DNA from: a virus
Direction: 5' to 3' (one strand)
DNA length: 64,000 bases
Virus record (IMG/VR): IMGVR_UViG_3300045988_175328
Span: 32,001 to 96,000 of that record
Shown: positions 37,801-45,132 of the stretch, in pieces
How positions within the stretch are numbered: position 1 is the first letter of the stretch
Layout of the letters: every line of letters begins with the position of its first letter
Translations under genes and position numbers: made by a program
The notes under the pieces: generated by a model
Told to the model about the DNA's origin: nothing
The model's database searches: none
What the model saw: the letters and a program-made list of their open reading frames with translations, nothing else

Positions 37801-37926
37801 GTTAATGACGTAGAAGTGTTACAATACACTTACATCGATATCAACTATGTAATCATGCCGTACAACGAAATTCGTCAAATCAATAACTACATTCAAGTAC
37901 GTCAACCGGGCGCAATCGCTCATTAA
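34891..37926 (+). CDS. contractile tail sheath protein (long, 1011 aa)
   Basis: N-terminal LPGIFVEVNS...AVLCIGTAFDGPNG and C-terminal GIVTAKNTYTRGYVITDG...RLNTVRIIDAVERVIREVCEPFIGKQN..VRNAIQTGL match conserved sheath termini. The tube gene follows. Confidence 0.75.
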   Translation: MYSFKSEILKDLPGIFVEVNSARKKLYDDSQFGKTDAVLCIGTAFDGPNGFPVPIYDPSYAVYTYGDTYDRRTKREVDLVATISDAYNNGCRTIYGFRIGGKEAYKDFAFRDDKAMYLRVKSTFPSNKAKQVYFTFDNTPGEEKITIYKPVSKASLYEKYNALIDETTEVIKVDINLGFSGAGFNSNTQLTEVLRYVNRHVLNNVLVLSIVNDEGQDITLRNDSYDLALGSLFPGTYFIGRSHSLVPIRTEVRTHIIKGENAIKPYDSYDGVYFTALRINTDVSSRYPIYAGSDKEMNEVLTKVGIKMLSHNDYLESPMLSNLAFAEDEVDYEETNMTNFEKYVRLGSGFAITATAHKRTNTKGEELVPRVKETVAKDPRYVVGIKDGAYSLLQNADMPYRVLGAQIAADTVIGGRLPKPKDFLRAFAQEVSVFNSVQNGAVVPNTELISITPKVDSMDTKTSARKFKFTFNKIKDVEKIVPSAIFSNEVFTYVPVVDNKEALMLDKKVYKTGQVFFIKDEQKVVTVTAENKLEEFVSKNQKFKHFVAGDKIIESFVLGEDVHFKEVADLSGLQYDTDTTGILKDVDSTAGLYYVTRAAAATGTPINAKYVLMTVNGVLTVASYEDGKVTPIGNYDIIMDKDTRDDKVIAYIENFDNVENKVAISVTDYNYRTLSEFVSDLKENKTFSRLFDIKLTDNGVIEKDTLIEDILEPVLKDTELVLGELPAHKVIDYDYSLRIPYRTSDNFARQLAQHCLNTEMRTAHTHGLIGAERISDYTLSGVAQKVEALKTLSLGLNLKRENGRAVIDDDGMPVNIGGSISMVFMQNNVPVFNSTYSYVGNGGSAYAGLVSALDVEQSPTNQKLKATPLFDLTTAQLSDLTARGIVTAKNTYTRGYVITDGCTMADSSDPMSRLNTVRIIDAVERVIREVCEPFIGKQNKISVRNAIQTGLTSRLNELKGKLLYDYTFDIVNDVEVLQYTYIDINYVIMPYNEIRQINNYIQVRQPGAIAH

Positions 37927-37941
37927 TTAAATAAATGAAAG

Positions 37942-37975
37942 ATAGGAGCTCGTAATCGGGCTCCTATTATTTCCA
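37942..37975 (+). terminator. intrinsic terminator candidate
   Basis: ATAGGAGC (37942-37949) pairs with GCTCCTAT (37960-37967), followed by TATTTCC. Confidence 0.45.
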
Positions 37976-38003
37976 TTCTTGTTAAGAGAAGTAAAGGATA
38001 TAA

Positions 38004-38474
38004 ATGGAATTAGGTATCAATTTTAGATATGATAGCAAAAGGCGTGCGGCACTTATCTTAGTTTTTGATCGAGAGAGACTATTGCTTAAAGCAATTAGTG
38101 TTTTAAGAAAAAAACTACAGATTCCTTATCGAGAACTCGGAAAAACTAAAGATGGATTATTTTATGTTAAATATAAAGGAATGCTCGCTGCTTATATATA
38201 CTGGTGGATACATCGTATATTTAAAGCAGAATCTGCTAAAGAACACTATCCTTTATTTAAAGAAATATTCCTTCAAGATTTCGAGGGAGAATTGCCATAC
38301 GAAGAACTTCTTGCTTTAACTAATTCAGTCGAAACAGATGAACAAATAACGATCGGTGTTCCATCTGACTCGACGCTAACATGGTGTAAACGTATCCAGA
38401 GATGGCTACCGTTTAAAACTAGAATAGCATCGAGAACAGGAAAGAAAAAAGAGTATTTCCTGCTTTTAAAATAA
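38004..38474 (+). CDS. free-standing, N-terminally shorter paralog of the intron-encoded protein at 38883..39497
   Basis: ALILVFD..LLLKAISVLRKKL..YVKYKGMLAAYIYWWIHRIF and C-terminal WLPFKTRIASRTGKKKEYFLL align with [41 protein letters not shown] and [22 protein letters not shown]. Confidence 0.55.
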   Translation: MELGINFRYDSKRRAALILVFDRERLLLKAISVLRKKLQIPYRELGKTKDGLFYVKYKGMLAAYIYWWIHRIFKAESAKEHYPLFKEIFLQDFEGELPYEELLALTNSVETDEQITIGVPSDSTLTWCKRIQRWLPFKTRIASRTGKKKEYFLLLK

Positions 38475-38528
38475 ATATTTGTTTTAAAGGAGAGCGGCTC
38501 CTAACAGTCGCTAAATTAAACTAGACAT

Positions 38529-41500
38529 ATGGCATATCAAAATGACACTAGTGTAACAAGTGCATCTCAATACACTCGTTCTTACACTACTTTCTCTGGC
38601 TGTGATATCGTTGCAACTTTCGGATCCGAAGTTGTAGCTGAAGTACAAGGTATTACAGTTTCTATCAACCGTGAGAAAGCTCCGGTCAACAAACATTTTT
38701 GATATATGCTGAATCAAAACCTATAGGCCGGAGTAAAACTTTGCTAAAATCGGTGAAAGAGCACTAACACCGAGGATAAGAATATGATATAATAATATTG
38801 TGTTCAATGTCCGTAGAGACTTGAGACACTATTCTCTTAATGATGTATCCATTCCCAGCTAGGGAAATAACGGAGGTTTTTAATGAATGAAGTACTTGCT
38901 TGGTATTTAGGACTTAGTTACCAAGAAGATCAGTATCCAAGAAGTGTTGCCAGTGATTTACATAGTTATTTTATTCGCGGATTAGTTGAACAACTTAATC
39001 CATTTTATTATCGTGAAAAACGATCACTACTTATTTTGGATCTCGTATATCATTCAAAAGATGTTTTAGAATCGATAAAGAAAATTTTCAAAGAAAAATT
39101 ATTAATCGATTCTAAAGTTAAAGAGCTCGATAATAAATATATTTTAAATGTTTCTGGAAAGAATGCTAAAATTATTTTCTGGTGGTTATATCATGAAGAT
39201 TTTAGTACAAGTTATTCAGAAGAAATAGTAAATATATTAACAGATAAAGAAATAACTGATTTAAATAATATGAGCGACGACGATTCCTTACTTGAATTAA
39301 TCGGCGCTTATTATTCTGAAGATAATCATATTTCTTTTAATTGTCCTTATTATGAATCATTAGATCTAGCTAAAAAAGTAAGAAATTTACTTTCGTTTAA
39401 AACACAACCAGTGACTCATACAAAAGGAAAAAGAAAACATTATCAGCTTTATATTCCAAAAAACCAATCATTAATACGCAAAGCATCGAATGAGTAATCA
39501 TTCGTAAAGATATAGTCCACTTAATTGGGTTATACATTTGGTTCAGCTGAGCCTCGTTCTATCTCGAGAGGTAATAATAACTCTTTTGCTTCTCCTTTGC
39601 AGTAATGCAACGCATAATTAAACTCTGTGATTAAATGTGCTATACATACTTACAACTTAAGTCATGAGTAAGTAGCACGTATAGTCCACATATCTGGTAA
39701 CAGGTATGTGCCAAGTGGTAACACTCGGAGATTCACTGAATTGCTGGAAAGTCCTAAAGCTTGAATAACTACAACATAATATCGTACAAGTACGATATAA
39801 GCGTGAATGTTGCGAAAGCAGAAAAAATATTCAAGATGGTATATGGTTAAATCCTAAGTACTGTAGCAATGGACAATCAGCAGCCAAGCCCGTAAGGGAA
39901 GGTTCAACGACTATCCTGAGAAGGAGTAGGGCTCAAGCGAGTGGGTGAAAATCCCTTAAATCGAAGTAGTGAAGGTCCTTTAGAAAAGGATTAAGATATA
40001 GTCTGTGCTTTATCGAAAGATAAAGGTGCGCGCAGTGGCGCCGGCTAAGAGTAGCGATCTTAGTTGAACGAACAACTCTCATATAAACCCTACGGTTTTA
40101 TATATTGAAATTAACCTCCTAAAGTACTATAATAATAGTATATAGTTACGAAAGGAGGTGCCTCGTGAATAAAAGTTTTAAAGTAGAAATTTATCCAGAT
40201 CAAGATCAGGAAATTTTAATTGAGAAAACATTTGGCTGCGTAAGATATACTTACAATTTTATGTTAAATTTAAAACAACTTCTGTATAAAGAATTTGGAA
40301 TATCAATAACTTTAAATAGGATATCCAAAGTTCTTACGATGCTAAAAAAACTTAAGCCATGGCTTGCAGAAGTTGATAAATGTGCATTGCAATATGTTCT
40401 CAAAGATCTTTTTTTTGGATATGAAAAATTCTTTAATGGCGGAGGATTTCCTGAATTTAAAACTAAACGAGGGAAGAATTCTTATCGTACAAATAGTCGT
40501 TTACATTTAGATCAAGATAAAAAGATGATTAAGATCCCTAAAGTCGGCTGGATTAAGTTTAGAGATAAAAGTAAATTTATTGGTCTTAAAAAGATTTACA
40601 ATATCACTATTTCTAAAAGTGCTAGTGGAAAATATTTTGCCAGTATTTCAGCCGAAGTCGAAATCGAAGCTTTGCCTAAAACCAAAGTAAACTGCGGTAT
40701 CGACTTAGGATTAAAAGATTTTTGTATCTTGAACGATGGAACAGTATTTGAGAATCCTAAATTTTTGGCAAGTAAAGAAAAACGACTCAAAAGGTTACAA
40801 AAGTCTTTAAATCGAAAGAAACTAGGATCTAAGAATTATTTTAAAGTTAAAGCTAAAATAGTTAGACTTCATGAATATATAGCAAATTGTCGAAAAGATT
40901 ATCTGCACAAAATATCTATATTCTTAGTTAGAACTTATGATATTATTTGTGTTGAAACTCTAAAAGTTAAGAATATGCTTAAGAATCATAAGTTAGCTAA
41001 AGCTATTATTGACGTTAGTTGGTATGAATTTTGTCGACAGTTAGAATATAAATGTTTATGGTATGGAAAGAAATTTGTACAGATTGGGACTTATTTCGCA
41101 TCATCACAAACATGCTCTAATTGTGGCTTCAAGAATATAGAAGTTAAGAATCTTGATGTTCGAGAATGGAATTGTCCAGAATGTGGAGTTCATCACGATC
41201 GAGATATTAACGCAGCTATAAATATTCTCAACGAAGGCTTAAAATTAGCTTAATTTCAATATATAGAACCGCAGGGCATGCGGGGATAGCCTACTGTCTT
41301 AGTATAAGACGTATAGTGAATTTATATTTACTATACGCAACTATTGGGTAGGAACCTCGTCACTTTAAGTGGTGAGAGGATGTCAGATGCTGGAAACCCC
41401 TTAGAGCCTTTGGTACCAAAGTGTGACAATCTAAAGGATTGGGCAATCAGCAGGCAGCTTTATCTATTAGATATTGCGCCTCAACGACTATCCGTAAGGA

Positions 41501-43145
41501 GTACACCATAATAGCCGGTGGAAGCGCAGAGCTCCCTAGAATAATATAGGTATTGCTATATTCTCCTTTTTGTATTATAATAAATATATAAGGAGGTCTT
41601 AAATATGGCGCAATACAATTATAATTTTGATATTTTAGAAAAAGAATCACCTGAAAAATATTATTTTCTTGGCTTTATCGCAGCAGATGGAGCATTAACA
41701 AATGGCGGAATTGTTTTTGAACTAAACAAGAGAGATGGATATATGGTAAAGAAATTAAATGATTACATATGTCCTGAAAAAGAAGTTAAGTTTAGAGAAG
41801 AAACAAATTCTTGTCGAGCAACATTTTATAATCTTGAAATGACAAAGAAACTAAAAAAATATTTTTCAATGACAAGCAATAGAAAAACCGAAGAGATTAG
41901 ATTCCCAGAAGTACCAGATGAATATCTTCGAGATTTTATTCGTGGGATCATCGATGGTGATGGAACTATCGATACGACTAAAGGATACAAAGGAAATAAA
42001 ATTTATATTGGTGCTCGACTTCGAATCTTAGGTAATGAAATTTTTCTAAAAGAATTAAATGAGAAAACAAAATTATTATATCCACATAATACAAATGCTG
42101 TAAACAGAAAAGGTAAGGAAAATATACATATTATAACTTATAACTTTAAAACAGCGCGCGAATTATTGAAAATAATATATTATGACGGATGCCTATGTTT
42201 AAAACGAAAATTCGATCGTTCTAGGGATGAAGATATAGTCTCTACATTAGTGAGAGCTAAATGATAATCATTCTCAAAAAAAGAGGGATCGCCGGCACTA
42301 TTGTATTCACACTATTTGATCGTGATGCATTAGTCGACGCATTGGCTATTCGCGCAGCAAAAGCTGCGTATTTCCAACGTATTGGTGGTGATATCAATTA
42401 CCAACCATACACAATTACTGAATGGGATACTAAATTGACAGATATGGTAGTTAATACTTTATCTTCCAGTAACAGTTCCCAAATTGCATCCAGTAATCCA
42501 TTTAAACTTACTCAAAAAGTAGCTGTTCAATCTACTCCTAAATACTCCGATTATTCTTAATATAGTCCGTATGTTTAGTAATAAGCATATGTTAAACATA
42601 AATGTTTAAGGTCTCATCGAATTGCTGAAAACCCGTAAAGCTTAAAACGCTACAGCATAATTTTGAAAAACAAATAAGTGCGATAGTAACGAAAGTAAAA
42701 AAAGTTTTAAGATAGCGTATGGTTAAATCCTAAGCGCCACAACAATTGGCAATCAGCAGCGAAGCTCCAAATAGGAGAACGTTCAACGACTAGAGCAAGA
42801 TGCTCGTACACTCAAGCGAGTGGAAGTGGTGAGGGCCCATTTGATGGGTCAAGATATAGTCTATGCCTTAGTGAAAATTAAGGGAGCAACAATTTGTTGC
42901 CAAATAATAGTAGCGATATTATTTGAATATAACAGGAAATTCCGCCATTTGACATTACTTTATCTTTTGCAAATGAGTATGGTCAATCGGCAGTAATGGT
43001 TATCTACGGCGTAGAGATCTTAAATGAAGCTTCTAGTTTCTCTGTAGATTCTACTACGACTGATAAAGCATGTACTTACATTGCTCGTTCTGTAGATTAC
43101 TTGCAACCAGTAGAAAACAAATACTTATTGAATAACAATTACTAA
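38529..43145 (+). CDS. tail tube protein, split into four exons by four self-splicing elements
   Basis: Exons are 38529..38686, 39530..39572, about 42279..42551 (alternative starts 42264 or 42288) and 42936..43145, totalling 684 nt (227 aa). The joined product is [67 protein letters not shown]... It is colinear with the N-terminal domain of the paralog at 43429 (..[61 protein letters not shown]). It lies directly after the sheath gene. No SD sits close to the ATG. Confidence 0.75.
38687..39529 (+). mobile_element. group I intron A of the tube gene (carries ORF 38883..39497)
   Basis: P1: exon CTCCGGT pairs 7/7 with GCCGGAG (38727-38733), with a U-G wobble at the splice U (38686). R-like TGTTCAATGTCCGTAGAGACT (38802) and S AAAGATATAGTCC (39506). 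Ends ..AATTGGG| only 11 nt after S. The ORF sits between R and S. Confidence 0.6.
38883..39497 (+). CDS. intron-encoded protein (LAGLIDADG-like or maturase-like; acidic catalytic motif not evident)
   Basis: RBS ACGGAGG. The only motif-like segments are WYLGLSY and YFIRGLVEQ. It has a paralog at 38004..38474. Confidence 0.55.
   Translation: MNEVLAWYLGLSYQEDQYPRSVASDLHSYFIRGLVEQLNPFYYREKRSLLILDLVYHSKDVLESIKKIFKEKLLIDSKVKELDNKYILNVSGKNAKIIFWWLYHEDFSTSYSEEIVNILTDKEITDLNNMSDDDSLLELIGAYYSEDNHISFNCPYYESLDLAKKVRNLLSFKTQPVTHTKGKRKHYQLYIPKNQSLIRKASNE
40105..40133 (+). promoter_or_regulatory. sigma70-type promoter for tnpB (TTGAAA-17 nt-TATAAT)
   Basis: TTGAAA 40105-40110, 17-nt spacer, TATAAT 40128-40133, 32 nt upstream of the GTG start. 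Confidence 0.45.
40165..41253 (+). CDS. tnpB: TnpB (IS200/IS605-family OrfB, RuvC-type RNA-guided nuclease)
   Basis: GTG start after AAAGGAGG. Ruv[12 protein letters not shown], Ruv[14 protein letters not shown], zinc finger CSNCG..CPECG, Ruv[16 protein letters not shown]. Confidence 0.85.
   Translation: MNKSFKVEIYPDQDQEILIEKTFGCVRYTYNFMLNLKQLLYKEFGISITLNRISKVLTMLKKLKPWLAEVDKCALQYVLKDLFFGYEKFFNGGGFPEFKTKRGKNSYRTNSRLHLDQDKKMIKIPKVGWIKFRDKSKFIGLKKIYNITISKSASGKYFASISAEVEIEALPKTKVNCGIDLGLKDFCILNDGTVFENPKFLASKEKRLKRLQKSLNRKKLGSKNYFKVKAKIVRLHEYIANCRKDYLHKISIFLVRTYDIICVETLKVKNMLKNHKLAKAIIDVSWYEFCRQLEYKCLWYGKKFVQIGTYFASSQTCSNCGFKNIEVKNLDVREWNCPECGVHHDRDINAAINILNEGLKLA
41230..41386 (+). ncRNA. candidate TnpB omega RNA scaffold / transposon right end (5' boundary approximate)
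   Basis: A 133-nt non-coding tail follows tnpB, with hairpins CCGCAGGGCATGCGGGG and CCTCGTCAC-TTTAA-GTGGTGAGAGG just before the proposed element end at 41386. The guide would be read from 41387 onward (ATGCTGGAAACCCC..). Confidence 0.4.
41605..42264 (+). CDS. LAGLIDADG homing endonuclease (two-motif, monomeric type), encoded in intron C
   Basis: RBS TAAGGAGG. Motifs [13 protein letters not shown] and [13 protein letters not shown]. The 3' end of the ORF overlaps the intron S element. Confidence 0.8.
   Translation: MAQYNYNFDILEKESPEKYYFLGFIAADGALTNGGIVFELNKRDGYMVKKLNDYICPEKEVKFREETNSCRATFYNLEMTKKLKKYFSMTSNRKTEEIRFPEVPDEYLRDFIRGIIDGDGTIDTTKGYKGNKIYIGARLRILGNEIFLKELNEKTKLLYPHNTNAVNRKGKENIHIITYNFKTARELLKIIYYDGCLCLKRKFDRSRDEDIVSTLVRAK
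42552..42935 (+). mobile_element. group I intron, ORF-less member of the IStron-related family (copy 3)
   Basis: Inserted after TCCGAT (42551). P1 is GAT|TAT paired with ATAGTC, with a U-G wobble at the splice U. P ATTGCTGAAAACCC (42621), Q AATCAGCAGCG (42750), R GTTCAACGACTAG (42781), S AAGATATAGTCT (42851). Ends TATAACAG| (42935). Joining gives [15 protein letters not shown], matching the paralog's YLMD-ELPNFDITLSF. Confidence 0.75.
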
Positions 43146-43152
43146 TAAGTTA

Positions 43153-43183
43153 GGGACGAGGATTACCTCGTCCCATTTTTTTT
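43153..43183 (+). terminator. intrinsic terminator
   Basis: GGGACGAGG-ATTA-CCTCGTCCC followed by ATTTTTTTT. Confidence 0.7.
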
Positions 43184-43195
43184 GAGGTTAATAGC

Positions 43196-43432
43196 TTGGA
43201 AAATACGAATCAAGTCTTTCTGTATCTAAACAAAGTTTTAGATGATTATATTAAAGAAGCTGTTCAACGAAGAGTTTCTTTAGACGAAGCTAATCTTGAG
43301 ATGAAAGAAGTTTGTCTTAAAGAATTAGAGCAAAGATCAATAGAGCTTAAACCACATATAAAAACACTTGTTGAAAATAGAGTTAAACAATATCTTAAAG
43401 TCTACCACTTAAAAGTGAGGTATTTAAAATGA
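43196..43432 (+). CDS. hypothetical protein
   Basis: TTG start 7 nt after GAGGT; ATGA coupling to the next gene. Confidence 0.45.
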   Translation: MENTNQVFLYLNKVLDDYIKEAVQRRVSLDEANLEMKEVCLKELEQRSIELKPHIKTLVENRVKQYLKVYHLKVRYLK

Positions 43433-45132
43433 CACAAGAAAAAGAGATTGTTCAAACTTCTAAATACACAAGAACATACAATTCATATAGTGGATGCGAT
43501 ATTGTAGCTTCTATTAATATTTCAATACCAGGGCAAGAACCTATTCATCATGTGTTCGGCAGCATTCAAACACTTTCTTATAGCATCCATCAGGAGAAAA
43601 CTCCAGTTAGAGCAATCGGGAATGTAAATGCAATTACGTATGTAGATGGGCCCAGAACAATTGCTGGCACTATTGTATTTACAGTTTTAGATAAGCATGT
43701 AATATATGAAATTTTTGAAGAATTAACAAAGAAGGGGCAATATATCAATGAACATTATTTAATGGACGAGCTCCCTAATTTTGACATTACTTTATCTTTT
43801 GCAAATGAATATGGCCATAATAGTTCTATCAGTATATATAATTGCACTATTATGGATGAAGGACAAGTCATGTCTGTTAATGATATTTTGACAGAAAATA
43901 CATATCATTATTATGCGACTGATATTGACTACATGACTGAATCTGAAAGCTATTGGACAATTAATCGTCAAAAGATTATTGAATCAAATCCTTGGCTTAG
44001 TCCTCAGAACTTTAAACCGCAACCACAGGTTCCGGCAAAAGAAATAGACGATTGCCCATTAGAAAAAATTAGTCGATATAAGTATCGAACATATGCTGAA
44101 TATGTTACTGCTTTAAATAAGGCATACGAAAAACATCGAGATGAATTAGTTGAAGCGCAGAAGACTGATCGTATTGTAGCTTGTCGTCATAAGTATCATA
44201 CTCTTGTCGAAGATGCTAAAAAATATTATAAAATTGGCGATATGCCATATGGATTAAATAGAATTCCTAAACGAAGACCAGCTGTTGTCAATAAAGATTA
44301 CGATAAATTCAGAACACAAATTCGTAAAACTTCAAGAGCTGTTCCTGATTATGACAACTGTAGAGTTAGAAAACATACTGGTCCAATCCAGGCGCCAGAT
44401 TTTAATATAAGAACATCTCGTACTTATAATAGAATTATAATTCCAGATTTAAATATGCCGCGATTAAGATATAATTCATATCGTGACTATCCAGAATTTG
44501 AGAGTCGAGAACGATATGAATCATCTAGAAGCTATCCTGAATTTAGATCTAGGAATTATAAAAAATTCTCGACACGAGGATACCCTATATATAAAACTAA
44601 TTATGCTAAGCATTATAGAGAAGATCCTCCAGAATTTAATTCTAGACTTCGACCTCAAAAATATAAAGTTAATGTCCCGGAATACGAGACTCATAAAAGA
44701 AGAAAAGTCGATATTATGGTCCCAGAATTTGAATCAAGAAAGGCTCCTGAAAGAAAAAGAGAAGGATATCCTGAGTATACAACTCAATATCCAGAGCATA
44801 GAAAAATTGTTCCTCCAGAATTTCCAAGAGTTAGGAATTTAAGAGATAGAGTCCATGATTATGTTCCTGATGAAATTATCGATAGAAACCATGACCATGA
44901 CAATAAACCAATTTTTAAAAATAGAAAACGAGAAAAAATTATCGAGAAAGAAAAAGAAATACATAAAAAGCCAGAAATTAAAGAAAAAAAACGTTTAGAT
45001 TTTGTTCTTAAGAAAAAAGATTCTAGTATGGTGATTGAAGAAGTCAAGAAAGAAGAAACTAAGCCTAAAGACAAATTTAGAATTCGTTCTGTTATCGAAA
45101 AGAACGCAACACCAGATCGAGGTGATAGCTAA
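43429..45132 (+). CDS. tail tube paralog with a long basic C-terminal repeat extension
   Basis: The N-terminal ~200 aa are colinear with the spliced tube protein. The C-terminal region (about nt 44446-44870) carries about 8 copies of a (Y/V/P)PE(F/Y)xxR motif, then a KEKE-rich tail. Confidence 0.65.
   Translation: MTQEKEIVQTSKYTRTYNSYSGCDIVASINISIPGQEPIHHVFGSIQTLSYSIHQEKTPVRAIGNVNAITYVDGPRTIAGTIVFTVLDKHVIYEIFEELTKKGQYINEHYLMDELPNFDITLSFANEYGHNSSISIYNCTIMDEGQVMSVNDILTENTYHYYATDIDYMTESESYWTINRQKIIESNPWLSPQNFKPQPQVPAKEIDDCPLEKISRYKYRTYAEYVTALNKAYEKHRDELVEAQKTDRIVACRHKYHTLVEDAKKYYKIGDMPYGLNRIPKRRPAVVNKDYDKFRTQIRKTSRAVPDYDNCRVRKHTGPIQAPDFNIRTSRTYNRIIIPDLNMPRLRYNSYRDYPEFESRERYESSRSYPEFRSRNYKKFSTRGYPIYKTNYAKHYREDPPEFNSRLRPQKYKVNVPEYETHKRRKVDIMVPEFESRKAPERKREGYPEYTTQYPEHRKIVPPEFPRVRNLRDRVHDYVPDEIIDRNHDHDNKPIFKNRKREKIIEKEKEIHKKPEIKEKKRLDFVLKKKDSSMVIEEVKKEETKPKDKFRIRSVIEKNATPDRGDS

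Larger units (their letters stand above)
39632..41386 (+). mobile_element. IStron-type element: group I intron (copy 2 of the family) fused to an IS605-family tnpB module
   Basis: The 5' part (39632-40068) aligns with copies 1 and 3: P 39739, Q 39874, R GGTTCAACGACTATC 39901, S AAGATATAGTCT 39993. It is inserted right after GAT (39629-39631). After AGTTGAA (40062-40068) come an imperfect palindrome, a promoter, tnpB and a structured tail ending ATGTCAG| (41386), which parallels the CAG| ends of copies 1 and 3. Confidence 0.65.
39573..42278 (+). mobile_element. group I intron C of the tube gene (host of the nested IStron; carries a LAGLIDADG ORF); 3' end uncertain
   Basis: P1: exon GAGAGGT pairs 7/7 with GCTTCTC (39588-39594), with a U-G wobble at the splice U (39572). 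P2 is TTGCA-GTAA-TGCAA (39597-39610). After the insertion the core resumes with P ATGCTGGAAACCCC (41387), Q CAATCAGCAGGC (about 41444), R CCTCAACGACTATCC (41479) and S GAAGATATAGTCT (42229, inside the end of the ORF). CTTTT (39583-39587) can pair with AAAAG at 42279-42283 (P10). Confidence 0.6.

Noticed and set aside
38511-38717. 68-aa minus-strand ORF
   Set aside because: It is antisense to tube exon 1, whose + strand translation matches the paralog N-terminus.
41387-41520. Reading 41387 onward as a tube exon following the IStron
   Set aside because: The translation ([15 protein letters not shown]..) has no similarity to the tube paralogs and ends in a stop. The sequence carries group I P, Q and R core motifs, so it is intron C RNA.
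41447-41650. 67-aa minus-strand ORF
   Set aside because: It lies over the intron C ribozyme core and the LAGLIDADG gene's RBS and start, so it is an antisense artefact.
44483-44842. 119-aa +2 frame ORF inside the tube paralog
   Set aside because: It is generated by the nucleotide periodicity of the PEF-repeat region. No independent start signals exist.
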